A DNA stretch of 64,000 nt from Octopus sinensis (lineage: Eukaryota), in assembly GCF_006345805.1 (NCBI RefSeq), contig NC_043003.1, positions 8,680,001 through 8,744,000 on the forward strand. Reading direction: 5' to 3'. Shown here one piece after another: positions 1-12,719 of this stretch. The notes under the pieces are model-generated. The model did not search any database. It saw only the letters and a list, made by a program, of their open reading frames with translations, and was not told the origin of the DNA. Positions within the stretch are counted from its first letter, which is position 1; each line of letters opens with the position of its first letter. Both the position numbers and the translations under genes were made by a program.

Positions 1-47
1 ACTGAAACCAATGAAAGCAAAAAAAGAATATATATATATATATATAT

Positions 48-446
48 ACTCTTTTACTCTTTTACTTGTTCAGTCATTTGACTGCGGCCATGCGGAGCAC
101 CGCCCTTAATCGAGCACTCGACCCCGGACTATTCTTTTGTAAGCCCAGTACTTATGCTATCGGTCACTTTTGCCGAACCGCTAAGTAACGGGGACATAAA
201 CACACGAGCATCACGTTTTAAGCAATGCTAGGGGGACCAGCACAGACACACAAACACAACAACGCATACATATATATACATATATACGACGGACTTCTTT
301 CAGTTTCCGTCTACCAAATCCACTCACAAGGCTTTGGTCGGCCCGAGGCTGTAGTAGAAGACACTTGCCCAAGGTACCACGCAGTGGGACTGAACCCGGA
401 ACCATGTGGTTGGTAAACAAGCTACTTACCACACAGCCATTCCTGC
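48..446 (-). mobile_element. tRNA-headed SINE, family A, near full length
   Basis: Minus strand has an A-box-like TGGCTGTGTGG, a B-box-like GGTTCAGTCCC, then CCTTGGGCAAGTGTCTT and an AAAGAGTAAAAGAGT tail. Homologous to 35312-35700. Confidence 0.85.
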
Positions 447-452
447 GGTTGC

Positions 453-494
453 TTATATATTATATATATATATATATATAATATATATATATAT

Positions 495-556
<62 letters not shown>

Positions 557-574
557 TATAATATATATATATAT

Positions 575-642
<68 letters not shown>

Positions 643-678
643 ATATATAGAGAGAAGAGCGAGAGAGAGAGAGAGAGA
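453..678. repeat. (TA)n followed by (GA)n microsatellite
   Basis: Seen directly. Confidence 0.95.
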
Positions 679-1338
679 ATTCAGGAGCATGGACTAATGA
701 AAAGTGAGCAGTTACGAGTCATTCCTTGTCTTGGAACAATCCATACAGAAATAGTACTCTTGTAGTTATGAAGAACATTAACTACCAATACACTGAATGA
801 AACGTAATCCATTGATTGTATAAAATGAATGTATGCTACTGTGGTTTCATTCACTCATAAGTGTACTATCAGTAAACAGCTCATGTCTTGAAAGTTGCTA
901 TGGGAAAACATCCAATGGGAGAGTTTAAAATTTTGCTCTATGCACTTTATTTAGACGCCTATAAAAAGAGGTAAAAGTTTAGATTATAATCAAACTGGTT
1001 CATTTTCTTGAAATCAAATCCTCTATTGTACTTACATTCAAAAGAATATAAACTCTTCAGAGATACTGATAACGAAGTTTTAGTAGCCTAGGCTCTCAGG
1101 ATTTTTACATTTCATCACGCCCTCATTCACAAAGCATCGTTTTTTTTTTAAAAGAAAGGCTCTTGTATTTTGTTTTTCAAAGAGAGATTTATTTTCTTAT
1201 TAAAGTTCTTGAATTTAACCTTGACTCAGTAACCTGCGACACGATTTCATCTGGCTAAGTCCTGTATAGTCTGGCTAGACTAAAACGTCTCGATTTCATA
1301 GCAATGAATAATCGAGTTGAATATAACTATGATCATGT

Positions 1339-1376
<38 letters not shown>

Positions 1377-1384
1377 TGTATATT

Positions 1385-1672
1385 CATCTTTTTGCGTTAG
1401 TCATTTGAGCGCCGCCAAGCTGAGGCTTTAAACGATTTTATTCGAATCAATCAAACCGGGCAAGTTACGTGGACTGCAAACACACACACAGACACACAGA
1501 CACACCACCACCACCACCACCACCACTACCACCACCATCACCACCACCACCACCACTACCACACCATACCACGCACGTATCTACGACGGACTTCTTAAAG
1601 TTTCCGTCTACTACATCAACTCACAAGGCTTTGGGCGCCCTGAAGGCACTTGCCTCAAGGTGTCACACAGCT
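1385..1672 (-). mobile_element. Degenerate SINE-A whose internal microsatellite is replaced by (CAC)n
   Basis: ACGACGGACTTCTT..GTTTCCGTCTAC and CTCACAAGGCTTTGG blocks match family A. Confidence 0.6.
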
Positions 1673-1678
1673 GTTTAG

Positions 1679-1741
1679 GATGATGATGATGGTCGTGGTG
1701 GTGGTGGTGGTGGTGGTGGTGGTGGTGGTGGTGGTGTGGTG

Positions 1742-1776
<35 letters not shown>

Positions 1777-1970
1777 GGTAGTCGTGGTGATGGTGATGGT
1801 GATGATGATGATGATGATGATGACGACGACGACGATGATGATGATGGTCGTGGTTGTGATGATGGTGATGGTGGTGATGAGGATGATGATGACGACGACG
1901 ACGATGATGATGATGATGATGACGACGACGATTACGATGACGGTGATGATGATGATGATGATGATGATGG
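1679..1970. repeat. Compound trinucleotide tract (GAT/GGT/CGT/GAC)
   Basis: Seen directly; source of the poly-V/M/T ORF. Confidence 0.95.
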
Positions 1971-2039
1971 TAGAGTCTCGTAGTCCGAGAAAGACGATTC
2001 CGCAGAAATGATTTTTTTTATTTTGATAGGGGTCAAATG

Positions 2040-2247
2040 TATGTGCCGTACATTAGCTGACACCCTTCATCAAATTGACTTTGCCTGAACAAGGCCACGG
2101 TGTACCACACACCAGGTGTCGAAGTGATCGGAGAGCAAATTGCGATGAGGTGTTTTGCCCCAAGAACACAACGCACCACCCGGTCCATGATTTGAAACTA
2201 CAATCTCGCCACCTTGAGTGCAAGACTCTAACCACTAGGCCATGCAC
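2040..2247 (-). mobile_element. tRNA-headed SINE, family C
   Basis: Minus strand reads TGGCCTAGTGGTTAG ... TTGTGTTCTTGGGCAAAACAC. A similar body occurs at about 36040-36250 (+). Confidence 0.6.
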
Positions 2248-2574
2248 CCTCACAGAAGTTTAATATAAGGCACTGTTAAGGGTCACTTTTCCGTATATGC
2301 AGGCGGAATGTACAGTTTTGTCATACTTAGTCTGGCAAATTAATTTATTCAAGAGCCTTAACACGGTATAGATGTCGAATACAACTGATCGAATGATAAT
2401 GGCATATTGCTCGATGTTGTAAAAGCTAACACAATTTGTTATGATGGAACATTTCAAACGGACTGTCAGAACAAGCTTTACCTGATTTCCAACATGGAAG
2501 CTGTTAAAAACATTGTAGCATGCTCGTAATCTTGGGTCAACCATGAGCGAATTCATCATTCTTCAAACACAACC

Positions 2575-2985
2575 CATTTCTTTACTACCCACAAGGGGCT
2601 AAACACAGAGAGGACAAACAAGGACAGACACACGGATTAAGTCGATTACATCGACCCCAGTGCGTAGCTGGTACTTATTTAATCGACCCCGAAATGATGA
2701 AAGGCAAAGTCGACCTCGGCGGAATTTGAACTCAGAACGTAACGGCAGACGAAATACCTATTTCTTTATTACCCACAAGGGGCTAAACACAGAGAGGACA
2801 AACAAGGACAGACACACGGATTAAGTCGATTATATCGACCCCAGTGCGTAACTGGTACTTATTTAATCGAGCCCGAAATGATGAAAGGCAAAGTCGACCT
2901 CGGCGGAATTTGAACTCAGAACATAACGGCAGACGAAATACCGTTAAACATTTCACCGGGCGCGCTAACGTTTCTGCCAGCTCGC
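2575..2985 (-). mobile_element. SINE-B1 dimer (head plus two ~184-bp units) with an 18-bp target-site duplication
   Basis: CATTCTTCAAACAYAACC at 2557-2574 and 2986-3003 (17/18 identical). Unit junction at 2758/2759. A-box-like TGGCAGAAACG and B-box-like GAGTTCAAATTCC. Confidence 0.9.
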
Positions 2986-3314
2986 CATTCTTCAAACATA
3001 ACCGTAAGTTGTCAACAACACTTCAAGAGTCCAGTAGGAGGACACGATGATGAATATGACTGTAATGTTTTTGAATAGGATGTGCCACTGGTCATAACTC
3101 TGAACTCCGAGTAGAAAAAAGACTTACCTGCTAACTAGAGTCATTGTGCTTAACAAATTGCAAACATCGAAAATCTGATCTATCAAGAACGCCTCTCTTT
3201 CTTGCGTCTGCTTTCTGGGACGATGAATGGAACGCAACGTCATTAGTATGTTTAGATTCTTTTAAGACATTCACCAAACTTTGGCCTCTGAGAAATCAAA
3301 TAAAAGAACTTATA

Positions 3315-3541
3315 TAGTAATCCCTCGACTATCGCAGGTGTTAAGTTCCAAAACCTTCCATAATAGGTGAAAATCCGCGAAGTAGAAACGGTACTGTACT
3401 GTATATTTTTTATTATTATTTTTATAATTTGTATATATTCATTTCATTATAAATACAAAAGAACACTGCGGAGGAATCGACGTAAGCTTAAATAATAAAC
3501 CGCGATAGAAAGGTGAACAGCGATATGGCGCGAGATTACTG
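3315..3541. mobile_element. Tigger/pogo-like MITE
   Basis: Imperfect ~22-bp TIRs (YAGTAATC..CG..TATCGC) flanked by TA at 3313-3314 and 3542-3543. Confidence 0.7.
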
Positions 3542-3939
3542 TACAGCAAAAATATTTAATTTAAACGCATACATTTATGTAGCAAACACCTATAACTTCA
3601 GAAAAGTTAACCATTACTCTCTTTGCAGCGATTGTAAACTCGAAGCATTTCACTAAAGTATGCAGGGTGTGTTATACACAAAAGGATACAAATACAGTCA
3701 AGGAGTCTCCACAAATTGCAGATAATTGTTAAGTAGGAAACACACCTCAAAATTTAACCCTTTATTATATAGAGAGACGAGCTACGATTCAGCTTTGATA
3801 GTGTATGTCCTGCTTGGCTTTAACTACGACTAATGAAGCCGCGCTCCACCCTTTTTCGCATAGCTGAACTCATTCCTACGCTTAATCATTTCTGTTTTCG
3901 AGTGAATTTTATACAACAACAACAAAAAAAAAAGGTTAG

Positions 3940-4460
3940 CACGTACGCTATGAACACCCAAGCTACATCGAGGAACAGATCTTCGCTCACCTCAGAGTAG
4001 CGCTGTTGCAGAGCCGTTAGCACGCCGGGCGAAATGCGTAGCCGTATTTTGTCTGCCGTTACGTTCTGTGTTCAAATTCCGCCGAGGTCGACTTTGCCTT
4101 TCATCTTTTCGGGGTCGATTAAATAAGTACCAGTTACGCACTGGGGTCGATATAATCGACTTAATCCGTTTGTCTGTCTTTGTTTGTCTTCTCTGTGTCT
4201 AGCCCCTTGTGGGTAGTAAAGAAATAGTTATTATTCGGACGACTGTGTTTGGTGCTACTGCATCCACCTGACAACAATTCCATGGGTACATTTCTTTAAT
4301 TAACTTTTCTCATCCCGCCTTTGAATTCGTCTTTACTCTATTCATCACGTTCATTAGCTTTCTGGGTATTTCCCTCGCTATAAACAACACCTACCTGTTC
4401 ATATCCACTCACTGACCCCACTTCTGGCTCCACTACCGCTTTTCGCACCCCACCACCTCT
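3940..4460 (+). pseudogene. Penelope-like reverse transcriptase remnant interrupted by SINE-B1
   Basis: Manual translation across frameshifts gives SYIEEQIF / DDCV / INFSHPAFEF / ISFLGISL / HYRFSHP, following the Penelope RT pattern YIDDC...NFHP.L.F...FLD...SHP. Confidence 0.6.
4012..4226 (+). mobile_element. SINE-B1 monomer
   Basis: Head, GCCTTTCATCTTTTCGGGGTCGAT body, and tail ending CCCCTTGTGGGTAGTAAAGAAATA. Confidence 0.88.
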
Positions 4461-4885
4461 TCTATCTTATTTGTAATTGAATGCCACGCATGTATTCTAG
4501 TCATTATGCAAAAACGCACATAATCGAATCTTTCTATTCTCAAGAAAAGGTTCATGGCAAACCGCTTAATGCAGAACGATATGCAGCATTTTGAAAATCT
4601 GCTTCTCAATTCTCTGTTTCAGACGAGGATTTGATGAGGTTGGAATGGTCACAGGATTTTCAGAAGATGCTCAAACCGGAAGAACCAACTGTTTTGTTTT
4701 CCATTTATCATTGACTACGTCGATGGCACATTATCTGTGAATTAACTTCTCAGCAGGAGATCAATTCTGCACCATATTAGGCTTTTGATGTGTCATCTAT
4801 TGATGATTGGAATCATCTCTATTACAATAAGAACTGTTATCTTCTTAGCTTCACGTACTTCGACTTAAGTCTCCCCGGCAAAGTA

Positions 4886-5260
4886 CAGGGTGTCCATAAA
4901 GTCTCTTTACAATCTTAAAATTTTATTACAAAGGCAGTTGACAAGATATCTTAACCGGATTTGTTTTATTGTAATAATTGTTTATTAATTTTTTTTAACT
5001 GTTATCTAATAGACCTCAATATGGGCACCATTAGTTGCGTGAAGCACATCAAGCCAGTACTCGATTTTTTGCCATGTTTGCTGTAGGATAGCCTCATCAA
5101 CGGTGGCAATGGCATTACGAATCCTTTGCTTCAAGTCAGCATTGTCTCGTATCTTTGTTTGATACACGGTATCTTTTACATAACCCCATAAGAAGAAGTC
5201 CAAGGGAGTGATATCAGGCGAACGCGGTGGCCATGGAATTGGCCCATCCGCCAGGGGCCA
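4886..5260 (-). mobile_element. Tc1/mariner-superfamily transposase C-terminal remnant with one TIR
   Basis: WPPRSPDITPLDFFLWGYVKDTVY...NGAHIEVY (ORF 5006-5203). Terminus reads TA|CAGGGTGTCC. Confidence 0.8.
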
Positions 5261-6204
5261 CCCTCAATGCATCGTTCCATCTTAGGTTTACCATTTGAAG
5301 GTCCCGACCAGTCATCTGGTGCCAGTTCATTTTGGGACGTCTCCTGCATCGTTGCCACTGATGGTCCCACTCAAAGACTTAGTTGGTGAATCTGTTCGAC
5401 GTCTCTCAGCCAGCTCAATCGGCGCTTGCTCGATGGTGATGGATACCTAGCGTTAATCTGCTCTACTTCAGACCTTGTTGCTGATAAAGTCATTTCATTT
5501 GAAGCTTAGTATTTTCTGATATTTATCTCTAACTATAATGAAGCTTCAGACTCTTCCTACATATGATCTCAGCCAATTTACTTAAAATATTTCATAGATG
5601 TGCTTTAAAAAGTTACAAATATCTAGTTTTGATTTTTTTATGGTTTCCGTCATTAGTCTTACAAACTGCTTCAGGTGAAGATATAAAACTTCCAGTCAAT
5701 TTGATTTTCTGATGACAACATTTATATTTTCATCCCCCAAAATTGATGAGATACATTTCACACCAGATGTACTTTTGTTATTCACCAGTTAACAACAACC
5801 TGTATATCTCTCAAAGGGAATTTGCTTATGCAAAACTGTGTAACAGGACTCTGTAGGTGGCTGCAAATTATCAATAGAATGTAGGCGTCGTAGTCTCGAT
5901 AGGAATTCAAATAAATACCTTTAAAGTGACCTTCCATGGCGTCAACGTTTCCCTCTTGAAGAGAGTTTTAACAAATCGCAAAGGTGTTCAATGAAAGCTT
6001 CTTGTGACTTGCTTTGTTAACATTCTCTATTTGGTCAAGAGATAACAAATACTCCTCTCTCCACCATGTTTTGCTGAGATTGGATTTCTTGTTTCTCGAG
6101 CGCAAAAGCAGTATTTAGTTTTCCTTTGTTGAGATGTCTCAACAATTTGACCTTTATTATTTCGACAACTCTGTGCATACTTTTACACCAGACATGTTAA
6201 CGTC

Positions 6205-6518
6205 TTCATTCCTCCTCCTCTCCCCCTCTTCCCCCTCCTTCTTCCCCTACCCTCCTCCTCCTCTTCTTCTTCTTCTTCTCCTCCTCCTCCCCTCCTCCTC
6301 CTTCTTCTTCTTCTTCTTCTTCTTTTTCTTCTTCTTCTCCTCCTCCTCCTCCTCCTCCTTCTTCTTCTTCTTCTATTTCTTCTCCTTCTTCTTCTTCTTC
6401 TATTTCTTCTCCTTCTTCTTCTTCTTCTTCTTCTATTTCTTCTCCTTCTCCTTCTCCCCCCCTCCCCCTCCTCCTCCTTCTTCTTCTTCTTCTTCTTCTT
6501 CTTTTTCTTCTTCTTCTT
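6205..6518. repeat. Polypyrimidine/polypurine (CTT/CCT)n tract
   Basis: Seen directly. H-DNA potential is an inference. Confidence 0.95.
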
Positions 6519-7355
6519 AACACACCTACTGAAAGTCACAGAGCAAGCGAAAACTTCCTGCCTTTAAAATTTTGCATCAAACCCATTTACGTCTAACAAC
6601 CTTCAACAGAACAATTTAAACATTAATCTCACTAACCTCTCCCAATCTTCCCGATCTGTCCGGGTTGCTGGGCGGGGGGAAAGAGACCAGAGACGCTATT
6701 CTGTCTCTCTGCATGTAAACAAATGTAAAAACTGCTTTGACAAAGACACAGCTGGAATTCGTTAAATCACCAACTGTAAATAACTTTAAGTACTTACATC
6801 TCTCTAATCTATATCTCTGATATGTCGGGGAGCCTTTCGTATTGTCATTACGCAAAATACAATCCCAACTTCAATTCTTTCCGTTGATCTTAGTGTCAAG
6901 GCTGCCAGCGTATACACTTGTTCTTAGATTCTGATGACGTCATTCGTAATTAGCGGGAACGGAATGTATGCTAAGGACACTCATATTATTTTACGATTAA
7001 TTATGCTGTTTTCTTTTATTTTCTTCTCACTTTACGTTTAAATGCTTTTGCTTCCATCCTTTCACATTCTCGTTATACGACATTATAATCTAGTTTTTCT
7101 GTAGTCGTGGTTGTAAGCGGCTATCGTCGAATGACGACTGAATGATGTAAGCAGCGTGAGGATTGAAAATTGACGAGTGTTTCGTTGCTTTGTGGTGGAT
7201 AGATGAAGTCACAACCAAAGTTGCATTACTTGTACGATGATAAAAGATTTAGTAGTGTATGTAAGTCCTTAGATTTATTATCACACACACACACACATCC
7301 ACACACGCGCACACACATGTAAGAATTTACTGTGGATAAGGCTGTGTGGCGCTCA

Positions 7356-7749
7356 TCTTTATATATAAAAGTGAGGTTGTGTGCTGTCTGTCTCCTACGA
7401 TTTAGATTCCTAACTACTCCCACATTTTGCGGTGCAGTTTAACCAAAACCAGGTATCTTATAGTCGTGATTCATATCGAGCCCTTTTGGATATGAGCGCG
7501 CGTCTACGATGAGTCTACGATTTTAAAAAAAATTACCATCAATTTTTCCCATTTTTAATGCACTTTTGGCAAATATAAAGGAAGTAACTCTCTAAAAATT
7601 TATTATTAAATCTCAGAACGTAAAAAGCTACAGCAACACCCCCCCTTGTGGTTAGCCATATTGAGATGGCTATTATACTTTACATCTCTAAAAATGCTTA
7701 TATAGTTATTTCCCTTACAAACCCGAGCAACGCCGGGCGATACTGCTAG
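7356..7749 (+). mobile_element. Non-autonomous Helitron
   Basis: Starts 5'-TC and ends CTAG-3', lies between A (7355) and T (7750), and has a GC-rich hairpin CCCG(A)GC-AAC-GCCGGG at 7722-7737. Second copy at 11969-12355. Confidence 0.85.
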
Positions 7750-8060
7750 TTATAAATAAATAAAAAAAATGAAATAATACACATTATGCAGAGGACATCA
7801 CCAACGTAAACACACGAGAGAAAAGTACAGGACAAAACGTTGTGAGTTTATCTATGCATCACAGATCAACGAAACACTGTTTATTACTACTCATTTCGGG
7901 CTTTTAACAACAAGATAGGAATAGTTCATAAGACAGCAGCATCCAGAAATATAAAATTTGAGAGTCAGAGCTTCGAGCGAATTAAAAGGCTAGCTTATGA
8001 GCAATTAGAAGCTGAAGGCAAAATTAATAGCGGTCACAAAAGTGACGGCATATATATAAG

Positions 8061-8165
<105 letters not shown>

Positions 8166-8170
8166 TATAT

Positions 8171-8370
8171 GTGACCTCGTCTGTATCACTAGCGATTTTT
8201 TCCCCTGTCTTCCCTTCTCGGGATCTTCCTTCTCCTATGTTTCCGACGAAGAGCTCTGCTCGAAACGTCAAACCCTCCTTCTTCCCTTCTTTCCTGAGCG
8301 TCCAATAAGACTATATTTGTTCCACGTCTTTGCGTGTTGTTTTTTTGTTTTTGTTTTCGTGTTTGGATTA

Positions 8371-8374
<4 letters not shown>
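8171..8374 (+). mobile_element. ~200-bp hammerhead-like element, family W, inside (TA)n
   Basis: GTTT-CCGACGA-A-GAGC-TCT-GCTC-GAAAC-GTC-AAAC at 8239-8273. TA tracts on both sides. Confidence 0.6.
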
Positions 8375-8451
<77 letters not shown>

Positions 8452-9398
8452 CCGTCACTTTTGTGACCGCTATTAATTTTGCCTTTAGCTTCTATATATA
8501 TATATGTAAATAGAGTTAGTGGTTATAGTAACCGACTAAGGGATAAAATATCCGTATATACTATCGATATCCGTTACCTGTGTTATCCCCGGGCATTGGT
8601 GTACAGGCACACCACACACGTCGGGTGGATGTAACAACAGGATAAACAGGAATCATAGCAAATAATCAGATCTCAGATTAACCAACATATCGATTGGACC
8701 AACTTTATCGCTTTTGTTTTAATACAAAGCATGACATAAAAAAATAGGTAACATAATTTGTGGCTTTCTCTATTTCCTAATTATATATATATATGTGTGT
8801 GTGTGCGTGTGTGTGTGTTCTTTAGGTCAGTAACCATATTACCTTCTAGAATGAAATATCTTTTATGCCGCTTTATTGTTTAACCACATTTAATTTCTGA
8901 ACAAGCAAATTTATGCTGAAAATATTTTCGGCTGTGACCACTCCGTCAATTATTCAGACACGATCTCTGATGTCGGATTGCATTATTCAACGTACGCTCT
9001 CTTATATGAGACGACAGAATGACCTGGGAGAGCTTTCGCCTCTATTTTAACAGATTAAGTAGCTCAGTGCGTCAACGTTTCTCCGACGGTTTTTGTTCTT
9101 CTGTTTTCTTAATTGTATCATGTTTCGGCCACTTAGGAAAAGAAGAAAAATCATTATATAAGTTATGCCTGAATAATATATGTTGGATATGTATGTACTC
9201 CGAGAGGTGTAGAACCACACACATATACATAAAATTTCCAAAAAAACAAATATATACGTAATTCGTACGTAATTACATATATATATATACGTAAACTGCT
9301 ATTAATAACTGGGTACTTTAATACGATAGCTTCCGTTTATTTCAATTTCAAAACTCCAAACATTTGCTGTTCCTGTCGTTAATTAATCCATTCCTACT

Positions 9399-9645
<247 letters not shown>

Positions 9646-9895
9646 TTTCTCCCCGTCCCCTTCTCTTTCTATATATAAAGATATAGACAGATATAGATAC
9701 ACACACACATATATTTATACATATATGTATATGTATATACATACATACGTATATACACACACATACACAGACACACAAATATACACACATACATACATAC
9801 ACACACACATACATACATACATACATACATACACACACATACATACATACATAAATACATACATACACACATACATACATACATACATACATACA

Positions 9896-9927
<32 letters not shown>

Positions 9928-11327
9928 ATTTGGCCCAGTGTGCCGCCATGTTGGCCTTTGGTAGTTGATAGACACACTCCGCATACACACATTCACACCA
10001 GGCGCATGTGCATACACACACAAACTCATACGTATTGACACACACAAGCACGCGCGCACAAGAGCCCAGAAGCAGCCAGACAAACACACACACACACATA
10101 CATACATACATGAAAACATACACATACAAACGCACAAGTATGCCAATCCACACATACACACACACACACACACACACAGACAAATGAATATGCGGAAGAA
10201 TAGATATATACGTAATACATACATATGCAAACACACATGCACTCTGGCACACGCATACACATACACACGCACGCAGATACACACGCACGCAACACGGTCT
10301 GAGGCAGACAAATGCAGCCTCCATAACAGACTAAGAAGAAAGTCATTGTAAAGCCTGCAAGTAGCAACGAAAGAGATTTGACGAGCACAAATGAAACACA
10401 ACTTACTGTTTAACCAAATTGACCAAGCAACCGTTGTGTATTATTACCAATTGACTAATAATAAAGGAGTGCAATTGAACCAGTGCGTGTGTTACTGATA
10501 CTGGCATAATGACCCTCCCGAGACACAACAAGATATACATGTATGTATATTAATCGGGTCTTCCATGTCTCAACATGTACCTCGTTGTAACAATGTAAAT
10601 TTCATTTAATCAAGGTACCCTTGGCCTGCTATATACTCCTCAGGGCTAAAGGCGGGTATGTGCGTATATAGACATGTCTGTGCGTGCATGCAAGTATGTG
10701 CGTATATAGACATGTGTGTGCGTGCATGCAAGTATGTGCGTATATAGACGTGTTTTACTCTTATTGATATTTTTTTACACTTTTTTACACATTTTTCTGT
10801 ATTTTGCCTTTAGCTCTGTTTTTTCTCGTGCATGTGCGTATATAGACGTGTGTATGAGCCTTATTTGTGCGCGTCTGTGTATAGCGAGCGTGTATGCGGG
10901 TATGTTTATATTTTTTGGCGAATGTGTGGGTGTGCATGTGTGTGTTTTAAGTGAGAGTGGATGATTGTATACATATAGGCGCATGTACGTGGGTGTGCGG
11001 GCGCGCATGTGTATGTGTGGATATGCGCACTTTACCTTTACTCCCTCCCCTCACTTAGCGGTCATTCTAATAGCTCTTTTGTCTTAACGGTCAATCTCAC
11101 AGTAACTTCCCTTTGTTTTAACGGTCATTTTCATAGCATTTTTTTCGATGGCCCAATAACTGAAGAGATGCCGACGTGGATTTCAGCCAAGACATCCGAA
11201 ACTCGGAGTTTTATCATAGCTACCGAGTATTTGTCACATACTATATTTACAGATAAATTCCTCTATTTACATAATATCGAGGTCTCTTTTTTCTTTTGTT
11301 GTCTTACCATTTTCTATCAATATATAT

Positions 11328-11746
11328 ACTCTTTTACACTTTTTACTCTTTTACTTGGTTCAGTCAAATGACTGCGGCCATACTGGAGCACCGCCTTTAG
11401 TCGAGCAAATTGACCCCAGGACTTATTTTTTGGAAGTCTAGTAGTTATTCTATCGGTTTCTTTTGCCGAACCGCTAAGTTACGGGGACATAAACACACCA
11501 CAATCTGTTGTCAAGCGATGTTGGGGGCACAAACACAGATACACAAACATATACACACACATACATATATATATATATACATACATATATACGACAGGCT
11601 TCTTTCAGTTTCCGTTTACCAAATCCACTCACAAGGCTTTGGTCAGCCCGAGGCTATAGTAGAAGACATTTGCTCAAGATGCTACTCTGTGGGAATGAAT
11701 CCGGAACCATGTGGCTGGTAAGCAAGCTACTTACCACACAGCCACT
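11328..11746 (-). mobile_element. SINE-A, full length; the 3' half of a plus-strand copy follows at about 11762-11954
   Basis: Homology to 48-446 and 35312-35700. Confidence 0.85.
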
Positions 11747-11968
11747 ATATATATATACACATATATATTTGTGTGTCTGTGTTTGTCCCCGAACATCGCT
11801 TGACAACCGATACTGGCGTGTTTACGTCCCCGTAACAGCGGTGGAACAAGTACTAGGCTTACAAAGAATAAGTCCTGGGGTCGATTTGCTCGACTAATGG
11901 AAGGCGGTGCTCCAGCATGGCTGCAGTCAAATGACAGAACCAAATAAAAGAATATATATATATATATA

Positions 11969-12355
11969 CTAGCAGTATCGCCCGGCGTTGCTCGGGTTTG
12001 TAAGGGAAATAACTATAAAGCATTTTTAGAGAGTTATAGCCAAAAAATAGCAAAAAAATGCATTAAAAATGTAAAAAAAATGATGGTAAATTTTTTTTTA
12101 AATCGTTGACTCATCGTAGACATTTTTACAGAGTTACTTCCCTTAGCGAAAAAAATGCATTAAAATGGAAAAAAATGATGGTAAATTATTTTTAAAATCG
12201 TAGACTTATCGTAGACGCGCGCTAATACCCAGAAGGGCTCGATATGAATCACGACTATAAGATACCCGTTTTGGTTAAACTGCACCGCAAAATGTGGGAG
12301 TAGTTAGGAATCTAAATCGTAGGAGACAGACACACAACCTTACTTTTATATATAT
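11969..12355 (-). mobile_element. Non-autonomous Helitron, second copy with an internal duplication
   Basis: CTAG at 11969-11972 with the adjacent hairpin CCCGGCGTTGCTCGGG. Body homologous to 7356-7749. The 5' end merges into (TA)n. Confidence 0.8.
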
Positions 12356-12719
12356 ATATATACATATATATATAATACCTGTGTATAATGGCTTTGTATA
12401 TACATCTGTCAATCACACTTTGTCCATTCCATTTCCTATTTCCCCTCCCTCTGTCGTTTTTTTTTTAAACCTCTTCCTTTCCCTTCTCTCTTTTGTTCTC
12501 AACCAATTTTCTTTGGACAATTGAAAAGAAAACAAACCCCACAATACAGTTACATGCTGAAAGAACTCGATGCCTCTTTAAGTCTTTTGAGTTGGTAAAG
12601 CCATACGCGCGCACACGCACGCACACACACGCCTACTTAGACATACGCGTCCACCAAACAAAACAAAAACATGCAGATACACAAAAACACACACAAAATG
12701 CACACACACACATGCATAT

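Noticed and set aside
5450-6130. Possible host exon on the minus strand
   Set aside because: Frames are interrupted by stops and I recognise no motif.
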